A program made the position numbers and the translations under genes. From NCBI GenBank assembly GCA_947463515.1, contig CANHRI010000002.1, positions 22,785 through 86,784 on the forward strand: DNA of 64,000 nucleotides, given 5' to 3'. This DNA is from Flavobacteriaceae bacterium (GTDB taxonomy: Bacteria > Bacteroidota > Bacteroidia > Flavobacteriales > Flavobacteriaceae). The notes under the pieces were generated by a model. It saw nothing but the letters and a program-made list of their open reading frames with translations, was not told where the DNA came from and ran no database searches. Shown here piece by piece: positions 1 to 9,689 of this stretch. Numbering within the stretch: position 1 is the stretch's first letter; every line of letters begins with the position of its first letter.

Positions 1-2088
1 ATGAATAATCGTACCCAGCGTATTCACCGCAATATTTTCTTCGACTTCCTCGGCATCTGAAATGCGCAACAACCGTTGGAAATAAAACCGTATAGGGTTC
101 CGCACATAATTAGTTAAGGTAGAAGGGGAGAAGTATTTTTCGGTAGCAATTGTTTTCAATTGTTGCATCACCGCATCATCTTTGGGGATCACCATGGGTT
201 CGTAAGCGATTTGCGGGACTTCAGGATGGTATTGTTCAAATATCAATTGGTGCTGAGGTTGTTTTTCAACGTCCAATTGCGTTATAAAACGGCTGCGTTC
301 TCCGGCATCGAGACCTTCCGAATCGGAGTTATACAGTAAATAAACGTTCTTTGCACGCTGCAACAAATGATAGAAATGATAGGTGTAAATGGCGTCTTTT
401 TCTTTGTAGGTAGGCAAGCCATATTCGCGTTTCACATCATACGGAATAAAAGAATTATTGGACTTCCCCGAAGGGAATTTGCCTTCATTGACCGAAGTGA
501 TAATTACGGTTTCAAAATCGAGCACACGACTTTCCAGCACGCCCATAATTTGAAGTCCTTCAAGCGGCTCTCCCTCAAAGGAAACCTCCGCCAAATCGAC
601 AATTTGCTTGTACAAAGCAAAAGCCGTTTCGGGTTTGTTATCAACAGGATGCTGCTCAAAATACGAAATTAGCTTATTGACAATTTTATAGAGCGAATAC
701 AAAAAGGTATTGGCAATTTTCTCGTCGGTAGCGGTGTAATTCAATTGTGCTTTGATTTCCAGCAGCAACTTTGCCAGGGTTTGGAGGACTTCGGAGGCTT
801 GATGTTCCCATTTTTGAAAAAGGAGATGAAAAAGGGCTGTTGGAGGTTTTTCTAACAAGGTAAACAATCGGTTTTGGGGAATAAACGTGACGTTATTTTG
901 TCTTATGTATTTCACCAAAACGTCGGCTTGAATATAGGGTTCAACCAGCGGATGCGTAATTACATCTAAAACATCTCGAAAATAAAACACATACTGTTGG
1001 GGATTGCGTTGCTGCGCATTGAGGTGCATTTTAAACCATTTGTGCGCCAATACTTGAGCGGGGTTGTTTTTACTGGAATACCCCATGGTAATATTCAATG
1101 CGGGAACTGAAGCGGGGAGATTATACAAAACAGGCACTAATAAACTCTCCTCCCCTAAAACTACGGCGCAATCTTGTAGAGCGGTGTCTGGATGGTCTTC
1201 CAAATGTTTTTCAAGTATACTTCCTACCAATTTAGCCTGACCGATGGATTTGGAGGTCGCGATTACCGTTATTTTTTTAGGCTCTTGAAACTGAGAATAC
1301 ACTTGCTGTAGGGGCTGTGTTTTGTAATGCGGCCATTCTTTTAAGTACCTTCGTAAAAAAAGTCCTGCATCATGCAGCGGGTCTTCCAGAAATGCACGAT
1401 CAGCATCCCAATACACTGAAGCACGATCTGCGGCTAATAATTGCTGTATGATCGTTTCCTCGGCTTTGGTCAAAGCATTAAACCCGACAAAACAATACTT
1501 CCGAACAGGCGAATGTTGAATAAAATTAGAGAGATTAGTAACGGCTTCACGATATATAAGCCCTTGATACCCTCGTTTCTTATCGCGTAAATGTTGGTAA
1601 AACTCGTGGTAATACAACGGTAGTTTTCGCCAAAAAGCCAAATGACGTTCGATCAACTCTGTGTGTTTCTCGACACTAACCGACCAATGTTCAATTTCTT
1701 TGATATTTTCAAGATAGGTCAAAATGGTATTAGGATGCAACAAATAGCGGTCTATTTCATTAAAATCCTGCAATAATGTTTTAGCCCAAGGAGCAAAAGA
1801 TTCAAAAGATTCGGGATGCTCTGGCGTTAACCGACAATACACGGCGTAAAACTCAAACAACAATTCAATGGAATCTAAAGCGGTTATTCCTGAAAGATCT
1901 TGAACAAAAGATTCAATACTGATAATTTCTGGAGCGACTAAAGGAACCTTGGTCTGGGCTTTCAACGCATTAATCAAAAAAATGCGCGCACGTTTATTGG
2001 GAAGAATTACCGTTAGGTTTTCCATCTGATGGCTATGCTCATCTAAAAGTGTGGCGGCGATATCGAAGAGAAATGTGTTCTTTTGCAT
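1..2088 (-). CDS. AddB-like PD-(D/E)XK nuclease family protein (3' end runs off the window)
   Basis: Missing from the ORF track because it has no stop in the window. Hand translation of the minus strand from ATG 2088: MQKNTFLFDIAATLLDEHSHQMENLTVILPNKRARIFL...GLQIMGVLESRVLDF...YFSPSTLTNYVRNPIRFYFQRLLRI...NTLGTIIH, typical of Bacteroidota AddB-like subunits. Confidence 0.85.
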   Translation of the reverse strand, partial: MQKNTFLFDIAATLLDEHSHQMENLTVILPNKRARIFLINALKAQTKVPLVAPEIISIESFVQDLSGITALDSIELLFEFYAVYCRLTPEHPESFESFAPWAKTLLQDFNEIDRYLLHPNTILTYLENIKEIEHWSVSVEKHTELIERHLAFWRKLPLYYHEFYQHLRDKKRGYQGLIYREAVTNLSNFIQHSPVRKYCFVGFNALTKAEETIIQQLLAADRASVYWDADRAFLEDPLHDAGLFLRRYLKEWPHYKTQPLQQVYSQFQEPKKITVIATSKSIGQAKLVGSILEKHLEDHPDTALQDCAVVLGEESLLVPVLYNLPASVPALNITMGYSSKNNPAQVLAHKWFKMHLNAQQRNPQQYVFYFRDVLDVITHPLVEPYIQADVLVKYIRQNNVTFIPQNRLFTLLEKPPTALFHLLFQKWEHQASEVLQTLAKLLLEIKAQLNYTATDEKIANTFLYSLYKIVNKLISYFEQHPVDNKPETAFALYKQIVDLAEVSFEGEPLEGLQIMGVLESRVLDFETVIITSVNEGKFPSGKSNNSFIPYDVKREYGLPTYKEKDAIYTYHFYHLLQRAKNVYLLYNSDSEGLDAGERSRFITQLDVEKQPQHQLIFEQYHPEVPQIAYEPMVIPKDDAVMQQLKTIATEKYFSPSTLTNYVRNPIRFYFQRLLRISDAEEVEENIAVNTLGTIIH

Positions 2089-2100
2089 GCTATAAAAATA

Positions 2101-2131
2101 AAAAACGCCCCGAACAATTCGGAGCGTTTTT
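2101..2131. terminator. Intrinsic terminator after ompA
   Basis: AAAAAACGCCCCG-aacaatt-CGGAGCGTTTTT hairpin with A/T tracts on both sides. Confidence 0.75.
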
Positions 2132-2154
2132 CAATATATTGTTGTGTAGGAAAA

Positions 2155-3570
2155 TTATTTTACCAATTTCACCTCTACACGACGGTTTTGAGATTTACCT
2201 GCTTTTGTTTTGTTAGAAGCAACTGGCATAGACTCACCAAATCCTTTAGAAGATAAACGAGAAGCATCAATTCCGTTAGAAACTAAATAGTTTTTCACGG
2301 CAGCTGCACGCTCTTCTGATAATTTTTGGTTAGAAGCATCTTTACCATCGCTATCTGTGTGACCTTCGATAGAGAATTGCGCAGATGGATACTCTTTCAA
2401 GATTGCTGCCATAGCTTCCAATACAGGGAATGTTTGTTTTTGGAATGACGCTTTACCAGTATCGAAAAGAATCGTTTTACCATAATCATTCAATTTTTTC
2501 ATTACCTCATCAGTAACTTCAGGACAACCTTTGTTAGCAACAGTTCCTTTTACATCAGGACACTGATCATCTTTGTCTAACACGTTGTCACCGTCTCTAT
2601 CTGGCCATGGACATCCGCCATTTTCTTTAGGACCTTTAACATCTTTACATTTGTCATCCTTGTCAGCGATACCATCACCGTCAGCATCTGGACATCCGCC
2701 CAAAGCTTTCACACCCGCTGCATCTGGACAAGCATCTTCTTTATCTTGGATTCCGTCACCATCGGTATCAGGACAACCTCCGAATTGAGCTAAACCAGGA
2801 GTATCAATACAAGCATCTTCTTTGTCAATGATTTTATCACCATCTGAATCTGGACATCCTTTGAATTCAGCCGTACCTGCGTCTGTAGGACAAGCATCTT
2901 CGTTATCATACAAACCATCGTTATCAGAATCTTTAGCGCCAAACTTGAAGATTAACCCAGCAAAATGTTGTACGTGAGGTGCAACGTCAACAGAAGGATC
3001 TCTTGAATCATCTAATGAATGCTTGTAAGTAGCGGTATACGTCAAACCAATTTGTTTTCCAAACCAGTACGTCAAACCTAAACCTCCATTCACAGTTCCT
3101 GCAGAAGCATTACCCAAAAAGGTATAACCCCCACCAATGTGTGCAGATGGTTCAATCGTTTTTGATTTGATTAAACTCATGAAACTGTAACGTACAACCC
3201 CGTCAATGCTGTAATACATCAAATCGCCAGGATTTGCAACAGGATAATCATTGGTATTTGTAGTAGCATCATAAAAGCGCTCCCCTACAATTTTGTTTAT
3301 TCTATTGATAGAACCGGTAACACCAAAAGAAAAGTTATTCCCTACATATTTGGATACATTAATAGACGAAACGGCTGGCATGATACTCCAGTATCTCTTT
3401 GCATCGAAAAATTGAGAAAACTGATCTTCAATTTTTGAGGCCGCACTTACACGTGCACCATCAATTCCGTTTACTCCAAACGAAATGGCCCATTGATTGT
3501 TACTGTCCTGAGCTTGAACGCTTAATCCGGCAAGCATCAAAATAGCACATAATTTTTTAAGATGTCTCAT
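2155..3570 (-). CDS. ompA: OmpA family outer membrane protein with thrombospondin type-3-like Ca-binding repeats
   Basis: Signal peptide [21 protein letters not shown] (start moved to ATG 3570), N-terminal beta-barrel, repeated DxDxDGxxDxxDxCP units, C-terminal OmpA_C motifs ([23 protein letters not shown]). Confidence 0.92.
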   Translation of the reverse strand: MRHLKKLCAILMLAGLSVQAQDSNNQWAISFGVNGIDGARVSAASKIEDQFSQFFDAKRYWSIMPAVSSINVSKYVGNNFSFGVTGSINRINKIVGERFYDATTNTNDYPVANPGDLMYYSIDGVVRYSFMSLIKSKTIEPSAHIGGGYTFLGNASAGTVNGGLGLTYWFGKQIGLTYTATYKHSLDDSRDPSVDVAPHVQHFAGLIFKFGAKDSDNDGLYDNEDACPTDAGTAEFKGCPDSDGDKIIDKEDACIDTPGLAQFGGCPDTDGDGIQDKEDACPDAAGVKALGGCPDADGDGIADKDDKCKDVKGPKENGGCPWPDRDGDNVLDKDDQCPDVKGTVANKGCPEVTDEVMKKLNDYGKTILFDTGKASFQKQTFPVLEAMAAILKEYPSAQFSIEGHTDSDGKDASNQKLSEERAAAVKNYLVSNGIDASRLSSKGFGESMPVASNKTKAGKSQNRRVEVKLVK

Positions 3571-3656
3571 ACTTAATTTTGTTAGATTTATATATGAATA
3601 TGGGTACAAAATTATAACCAATTAATGAATTATCAAAATGTTAAGGCACATTTCGG

Positions 3657-4847
3657 TTAGATTACGCCCAAGCTTTGTCCAACTTCGGTAAATGCAGCAA
3701 TCGCTTTATCCAAATGCACTTGGGTATGTGCCGCCGAAAGTTGTACCCGAATACGCGCCTTTTCTTTGGGCACCACAGGGTAAAAGAAACCGATTACATA
3801 GATGCCTTTGGCCAACAATTGGTCGGCCATTACTTGGGACAACTTGGCATCATATAACATTACGGGGACAATAGCGGAATCGCCATCGATGATATCAAAT
3901 CCTGCCGCCTTCATGCCGTTTTTAAAATAATTGGTGTTCCACTCCAACTGATCGCGCAGTGTCGTATCTTTCTCCAAAAGTTCAAAAACTTTAATTGAAG
4001 CCCCAACAATAGCCGGTGCCAACGAATTGGAAAACAAATACGGACGAGAGCGTTGACGCAAAATTTCAATAATTTCTTTTTTGGCTGTTGTATATCCTCC
4101 CATGGCACCACCCAAGGCTTTCCCGAGGGTTCCTGTGATAATATCCACACGTCCCATAACGCCTTTTGCTTCAAGCGTTCCCTTGCCCGTAGACCCAATA
4201 AAACCTGCAGCATGGCATTCGTCGACCATCACCATCGCATCGTATTGATCGGACAAATCACATATTTTGTCCAACGGAGCAACCAAGCCATCCATAGAAA
4301 ACACTCCGTCTGTAACAATCAATTTAAATCGATGCCCTGCAGCTGTAGCTTTTTGAAGTTGCACCTCCAAATCAGCCATGTTGTTATTTTCATAGCGATA
4401 ACGAGCTGCTTTACACAAACGAACGCCATCAATAATCGAGGCATGGTTCAAACTATCAGAAATAATACAATCTTCTTCGCCCAACAAAGGTTCAAAAACC
4501 CCTCCATTGGCATCAAAAGCAGCGGCATATAAAATGGTATCCTCTGTACCATAAAAATCGGCAATTTTTTGCTCCAAGGTTTTGTGTATATCTTGTGTAC
4601 CACAGATAAAACGTACCGACGACATTCCGAAACCATGCGTATCGAGCGCTTCTTTGGCTGCTTGAACGACTTCTGGATGCGAAGACAATCCGAGGTAGTT
4701 ATTGGCACAAAAGTTCAAAACGGTCTCCCCGTTGACAATAATTTCAGCCCCTTGAGGCGAGGTGATGATTCGTTCTTTTTTGTACAAGCCTCCTTCTTTA
4801 ATGGCTTGAATTTCCTGTTGCAGATGCTCTTGAATTTTTCCGTACAT
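3657..4847 (-). CDS. kbl: Glycine C-acetyltransferase (2-amino-3-ketobutyrate CoA ligase)
   Basis: [47 protein letters not shown] motifs; start moved to MYGKIQ. Confidence 0.95.
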   Translation of the reverse strand: MYGKIQEHLQQEIQAIKEGGLYKKERIITSPQGAEIIVNGETVLNFCANNYLGLSSHPEVVQAAKEALDTHGFGMSSVRFICGTQDIHKTLEQKIADFYGTEDTILYAAAFDANGGVFEPLLGEEDCIISDSLNHASIIDGVRLCKAARYRYENNNMADLEVQLQKATAAGHRFKLIVTDGVFSMDGLVAPLDKICDLSDQYDAMVMVDECHAAGFIGSTGKGTLEAKGVMGRVDIITGTLGKALGGAMGGYTTAKKEIIEILRQRSRPYLFSNSLAPAIVGASIKVFELLEKDTTLRDQLEWNTNYFKNGMKAAGFDIIDGDSAIVPVMLYDAKLSQVMADQLLAKGIYVIGFFYPVVPKEKARIRVQLSAAHTQVHLDKAIAAFTEVGQSLGVI

Positions 4848-4851
4848 AATC

Positions 4852-7800
4852 TTAATTCGTTTGTTCTTGCAAATGTACAACTTCAACGTGTTCGCCAATA
4901 TAAACCAAACATTTTTTCCGTACTTGCCAACCCATCGCTTCTAAGGCTGTTTGATACCCTTCCAATTGGGCGCGATAGGCTTCTTTGTGGCTACCTGTTT
5001 TGTAATCTAATAAAACAGCGGTTTGATCGTCAAAAACTACCACACGATCGGGCTTTAAAACGGGTCCTTGTGGCAATAAAAAAGTTTGCTCGATGTACAC
5101 ACGCCCTTTTTCTGAAAAAAATTCAACCAACTCCGGATGGGTTACCACGGCAAAAAGGGTTTGTTGAATCAATTCCTTTTGTGAAGCCGCTAACAATCCT
5201 TCCTCTAGCGCATTTACTAAAACCATTTCTATATCGCGGATTGTGGTAACCGATGCCAAAATTTCGTGTACCAAATTTCCATAAGCAATGGCATCGCCCT
5301 GTTTCGTATTCCACATTAAGCTTTCCCTTTGGGCAATTTTGATGTTGCTCGGACTAAATAAAGCTTTCACTTTGGGAATGAGCATGGAACTAACCCCAAC
5401 ATCGTCGGGCGTGGAACGACGCACTGCTTCACCAAAACGTACTTTTCCTTGATCAAGTGAGTAACCTTTGGATTCTAAAAACGCAAGGAAGAAGGACGAC
5501 AAATTGGACGGTAGTTCACCCTTACTCGTACGATTTTCGGCAGAAATAACATACAACTGCTCTTCGGCACGGGTCATAGCAACATATAATACGTTGATAT
5601 TGTCCAGCAACTCTTCTTCATTTCGTTGCCTGTACACCGCAGCAGCTTCGGGACTGAATGTTTCAACCTCTTTGTTTTTTGCAACTAAAGCTTTGGGAAT
5701 GCCTAAGTCGGTATCGGGAAGATTGAGCCACAACTTATCTTGTTTATTTTGGGCAAAATTTTCTTCAGCAAAAGGAAAAATAACAACGGGAAATTCGAGT
5801 CCTTTTGACTTATGAATGGTCATAATTCGTATAGCATCGTTGCCTTCTGGAGAAGCGATGCTTAACTTTTGCGCTTGACGCTCCCAAAAAGCTAAAAAAT
5901 CAGCTATCCCCGCTTGTTTGCGCAAATCGTGTTCCAACACTACATCTTGAAAAAATTGCACATACGCATTGTGTTTTGAGGGTGGAATAAATAAATGGCT
6001 TACGTATTCTACCACTTCATACAGCGACTTTTTGCGTAGGTTTTGCAGTGAAAAATGGGAAAAAGTAGACCCAAACCGTGTGCTTAACCATCGTTCCCAG
6101 TCGGTTTCTAGCGTTTTTGCCATTCCCTCGGCAATGCATTCATGCACGTGGGTTGGATTAAAATGACACGCCAAATAGTATAAAACATTGGCTTTGGCCT
6201 CTTGATCTTTCGCATTATTCAAAAACCGAAGCGCCGCTACCAAGACGCGAACTTCTGCAGATGCTGCCAATAACAAACTTTCCGAAGAAATAATAGGCAA
6301 TTGCTTTTCGGTGAGATACTGTGCAATGAGCGCTCCATTTTTATTGTTTCGTATCAATATCGCGATATCGCGATAGGCAAATCCTTGCAATCGAATCTGA
6401 GCTATTGTATTTACTAAAGCTTCCAAATAAAGATCGGCTTTTTCTAACCCTTCATCGTCATCAGAATTTTCTACTTTTCCGGGTAAAAATTCAAACTGAA
6501 CGTAGCCTCCTTTTTTGGAGTTGGTTTTTTGAAAACTATAATTTGCATACAATTCTTGGTAGTCCGGATGCTGAAATTTTCCTGATAGAAATTGAAAAAA
6601 GTCATTGTTAAATTCAATGATTTGCGAATAACTTCGGTAATTCGTATCCAAGGTTTTTCGAGCAAAATTTTTGTTTGAAAACGGAATTTCTCCTTTTCCC
6701 AAAGCAATAAACTGCTCGGCTTTTCCTCCGCGCCAACGATAAATTGACTGTTTGGGATCGCCCACCAAAAGTAAGGAACCGGGCACTCCATTTTCTTCTC
6801 CGGCCAGCGCATTATCGATTAAAGGGATCAAATTGTGCCATTGCAACTCAGAAGTATCCTGAAATTCGTCGATAAAAAAGTGACGGTATTTTTCGCCTAA
6901 TTTTTCATAAATAAAAGGAGCAGGTTGCTGTTGAATTTGCTCTTGAATTAGGGTATTGAACTCGGTTATTGAGAGGATATTTTGGGCTTCTTGTATGGCT
7001 TTTAACTTTTTTTGAAGCGTATTGAGCAACGAAAGGGGCGTGACATTTTTTAAAAACGCTTTGTAGAACAGCATTTTTTCTAAGGCGCCATACATTTGGG
7101 TTAAATGCAACACCATTTCGGGCAATAAGGATTCGATGAGCGCTCTGTCGGAAGCGGTTTTATTGATTTGAATCGCCTCCGCTTCGTGATAGGTTTTATT
7201 ATTCGGATTATAGTCCTTTCGCGCAATGCTTTTTAAATGGTTGGGGAAAATTTCCCGAGAAAATGATTTTAAATCCACCCCATTATTTTCCAATATCCCA
7301 AGAATATAAAGAGCCTCTTGCGCGGCGTTTTCTTCCATAGCGCGGCTTAATTCAATCAACTTTTCTTTGAGAACAATGAAATCTTCTATGGACTTGTCTT
7401 GCAATTGTTGAATTTCCTCCCGGTTGTTTTCATTCAACATCAATTTCCCCGTTTCAATAATTTCCCGGGAAATGTCCCAACTCTTATCTTCATCGGTTTT
7501 TTCCATGGTAAAATTCACTAACAATTGCGTCAACGTTTCGTCTTCACCCGCCTGCGCAATAATGGCATCTACTGCTTCTTGTAACAATCCATCGGTATCT
7601 AAAGAAACTTCAAAGGTGATGGGTAACTTCAATTCATGAGCAAACGACCGAATGACTTTGTGGGTAAACTTATCAATGGTTGAAATATCAAAGGCGGCAT
7701 AGTTGTGAATCAAATTTTTGATAATCACGCGGGATTTATCTTGAATGGCAACGGTTGACATCCCCGTTTCTGCAGCAATATCTTCAAGTAAATCTTGGGC

Positions 7801-8022
7801 CTTTGCACTCGGTTGAAGTGCGGCAAATTGCGATAAACTTTCCACTACGCGACTTTTCATCTCATGTACGGCCTTGTTGGTAAATGTGATGGCTAAAATA
7901 GAGCGGTAGGCATCGGGTTGGGGCGCCGTTAAAATAATCTTCAAATACGATTTTACCAAAGTATAGGTTTTCCCCGAACCGGCTGAGGCGTCATACAAAG
8001 AAAAAGCAGGTGTTGTACTCAT
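4852..8022 (-). CDS. addA: AddA/RecB-like UvrD-family helicase-nuclease
   Basis: ASAGSGKT Walker [47 protein letters not shown]; C-terminal nuclease motifs PDRVV and LDYKTG. Confidence 0.88.
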   Translation of the reverse strand: MSTTPAFSLYDASAGSGKTYTLVKSYLKIILTAPQPDAYRSILAITFTNKAVHEMKSRVVESLSQFAALQPSAKAQDLLEDIAAETGMSTVAIQDKSRVIIKNLIHNYAAFDISTIDKFTHKVIRSFAHELKLPITFEVSLDTDGLLQEAVDAIIAQAGEDETLTQLLVNFTMEKTDEDKSWDISREIIETGKLMLNENNREEIQQLQDKSIEDFIVLKEKLIELSRAMEENAAQEALYILGILENNGVDLKSFSREIFPNHLKSIARKDYNPNNKTYHEAEAIQINKTASDRALIESLLPEMVLHLTQMYGALEKMLFYKAFLKNVTPLSLLNTLQKKLKAIQEAQNILSITEFNTLIQEQIQQQPAPFIYEKLGEKYRHFFIDEFQDTSELQWHNLIPLIDNALAGEENGVPGSLLLVGDPKQSIYRWRGGKAEQFIALGKGEIPFSNKNFARKTLDTNYRSYSQIIEFNNDFFQFLSGKFQHPDYQELYANYSFQKTNSKKGGYVQFEFLPGKVENSDDDEGLEKADLYLEALVNTIAQIRLQGFAYRDIAILIRNNKNGALIAQYLTEKQLPIISSESLLLAASAEVRVLVAALRFLNNAKDQEAKANVLYYLACHFNPTHVHECIAEGMAKTLETDWERWLSTRFGSTFSHFSLQNLRKKSLYEVVEYVSHLFIPPSKHNAYVQFFQDVVLEHDLRKQAGIADFLAFWERQAQKLSIASPEGNDAIRIMTIHKSKGLEFPVVIFPFAEENFAQNKQDKLWLNLPDTDLGIPKALVAKNKEVETFSPEAAAVYRQRNEEELLDNINVLYVAMTRAEEQLYVISAENRTSKGELPSNLSSFFLAFLESKGYSLDQGKVRFGEAVRRSTPDDVGVSSMLIPKVKALFSPSNIKIAQRESLMWNTKQGDAIAYGNLVHEILASVTTIRDIEMVLVNALEEGLLAASQKELIQQTLFAVVTHPELVEFFSEKGRVYIEQTFLLPQGPVLKPDRVVVFDDQTAVLLDYKTGSHKEAYRAQLEGYQTALEAMGWQVRKKCLVYIGEHVEVVHLQEQTN

Positions 8023-8552
8023 GAAATAGGGTTAGGACGGTGGATTTGATACACAAAGTTAGTCTTTTCTGCTTCGCCATAATAAGCTACTTGAATTTCG
8101 TCAATTTTTTCAGCTCCTAACTTGGCCATGGCTTTCTGGGAGGGAATGTTCTCGGAACCCACATGAAAGTATACGGTATCGACATATTGGAATATGTAAT
8201 CTAACATGAGTTGCTTTATATCCGCATTATAGCCTTTGCCCCAATAGGTTCGCCCGATGAAAGTATAGCCGATGAAAATTGATCTTTCCTCGAAATTATA
8301 GGCGTAAAATCGGCTACATCCTACCACTAAATTGGTTTGTTTATCGAGAATCAACAAAGCCCCCTTGGATTGAATTGCTCCTTCAAAGTACGTTTGAAAA
8401 ACGCTGCGTTGGTAGCGATTGGGATTCGGATGTTGTTCCCAAACCAAGGGGTCAGAGGCCACCGCATACAGCATCTTAAAATGCGCAAGAGTCAAGGGAA
8501 TAGTATAAACCTTTTCGCCCTCCAAACGAGCGGGTTGTAGTGAAATGGACAT
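8019..8552 (-). CDS. GNAT (RimJ/RimL-like) N-acetyltransferase
   Basis: IGYTFIGRTYWGKGYN and NIPSQKAMAKLG motifs; ATGA-type overlap with addA. Confidence 0.85.
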   Translation of the reverse strand: MSISLQPARLEGEKVYTIPLTLAHFKMLYAVASDPLVWEQHPNPNRYQRSVFQTYFEGAIQSKGALLILDKQTNLVVGCSRFYAYNFEERSIFIGYTFIGRTYWGKGYNADIKQLMLDYIFQYVDTVYFHVGSENIPSQKAMAKLGAEKIDEIQVAYYGEAEKTNFVYQIHRPNPIS

Positions 8553-8661
8553 AATAAACGATACGTTAAACCTATGGTAAAATTGAAAAATAGTATTTTC
8601 TATTCCGAAGTTAAATGTATAAATTTGAAGTCAATTAAATAATCCTTTAAACAAAATAGTT

Positions 8662-9270
8662 ATGGCATTTGAATTACCACAATTACCCTATGCTTACGAT
8701 GCATTGGAGCCTCATATTGATGCCCGTACTATGGAAATTCACCATAGTAAACATCACAATGCGTATACCACCAACCTAAACGCGGCCATTGCGGGCACCG
8801 ATTTGGAGGGAAAGACCATTGAAAACATATTGATTAATTTGGACATGAAAAACGCCGCCGTTCGCAACAATGGTGGTGGATTTTACAACCACAATCTTTT
8901 TTGGCGTATTATGACTCCAGGAGGGGGCGGAAAACCCATAGGGGAATTGGCAGAAGCCATTGACCGCGACTTTGGATCGTTTGACGAATTCAAAGCCAAA
9001 TTCGCTAAGGCGGGAGCAACCCAATTTGGATCCGGTTGGGCATGGCTTTGTGTACAAAAAGGAGGTAAATTGGAAGTGTGTGCAACCCCGAATCAAGACA
9101 ACCCATTGATGCCTGAAGTAGGTTGCGGTGGAATGCCCATCTTAGGTATGGATGTATGGGAACACGCCTATTACCTTAACTACCAAAACAGACGTCCCGA
9201 TTATATTGAGGCCTTTTTCAATGTAATCAATTGGACCGAAGTAGCGCGCTTGTATGCTACTGAAAAATAA
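8662..9270 (+). CDS. sodA: Fe/Mn superoxide dismutase, Mn-type signature
   Basis: [34 protein letters not shown]. Confidence 0.93.
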   Translation: MAFELPQLPYAYDALEPHIDARTMEIHHSKHHNAYTTNLNAAIAGTDLEGKTIENILINLDMKNAAVRNNGGGFYNHNLFWRIMTPGGGGKPIGELAEAIDRDFGSFDEFKAKFAKAGATQFGSGWAWLCVQKGGKLEVCATPNQDNPLMPEVGCGGMPILGMDVWEHAYYLNYQNRRPDYIEAFFNVINWTEVARLYATEK

Positions 9271-9291
9271 CACGTAACTCACAACCAAAAG

Positions 9292-9324
9292 AAAACCCGA
9301 TTGATCGCTCAATCGGGTTTTTTT
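9292..9324 (+). terminator. sod terminator
   Basis: AAAACCCGATTGA-tcgc-TCAATCGGGTTTTTTT. Confidence 0.85.
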
Positions 9325-9329
9325 ATACT

Positions 9330-9404
9330 AAAAAAGACGTTCGTGGATACGAACGCCTTTTTGCCCCAAATCTACCATAAACTTAACCTACTAAATTCTA
9401 TGGT
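9330..9404 (-). ncRNA. Putative sRNA, twin copy B (about 75 nt)
   Basis: Own promoter TTTG(9440-9437)-N20-TAACTTTG(9416-9409); 39-nt core identical to copy A; ends in hairpin AAAAAGGCGTTCG-tatcca-CGAACGTCTTTTTT. Confidence 0.7.
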
Positions 9405-9408
9405 ATAA

Positions 9409-9440
9409 CAAAGTTAACAATATCGGCAGGGAAACCCAAA
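9409..9440 (-). promoter_or_regulatory. Bacteroidota sigma70-type promoter (-33 TTTG / -7 TAnnTTTG)
   Basis: Minus strand TTTG-ggtttccctgccgatattgt-TAACTTTG, 20-nt spacer. Confidence 0.75.
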
Positions 9441-9527
9441 CGTTTCTTAAAAAATAAGCTAAAAGGTAATAAAAAAAGGGTAGATGAATGTGATTTGAAA
9501 GGGGATGCACTGAAGTCGACAGAAAAT

Positions 9528-9600
9528 AAAAAAGGTGAAAGTAAACTTTCACCCTTTTTGCCCCAAATCTACCATAAACTTAACCTACTAATGCTATGGT
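9528..9600 (-). ncRNA. Putative sRNA, twin copy A (about 73 nt)
   Basis: Own promoter TTTG(9636-9633)-N20-TATATTTG(9612-9605); same core as copy B; different terminator AAAAAGGGTGAAAG-ttta-CTTTCACCTTTTTT. Confidence 0.7.
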
Positions 9601-9604
9601 GATT

Positions 9605-9636
9605 CAAATATATACCTGCCCTTAAGGTGATTCAAA
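9605..9636 (-). promoter_or_regulatory. Bacteroidota sigma70-type promoter
   Basis: Minus strand TTTG-aatcaccttaagggcaggta-TATATTTG, 20-nt spacer. Confidence 0.75.
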
Positions 9637-9689
9637 ATATTATTGATGAATAACCATAAAAATCGATAAAATGCATGTTTTTCAGAATT

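Noticed and set aside
367-672. 101-aa plus-strand ORF
   Set aside because: Antisense shadow of the AddB-like gene, which the track missed because it runs off the window. The many other 60-230 aa ORFs overlapping clear genes were rejected likewise.
2560-2935. Tandem Asp/Cys-rich repeats in ompA
   Set aside because: Standard TSP3-like repeats of Bacteroidota OmpA proteins; not novel.
9356-9591. 39-bp direct repeat as a mini CRISPR array
   Set aside because: Only two copies, 158 bp apart, no cas genes, and each copy is explained by its own promoter and terminator.
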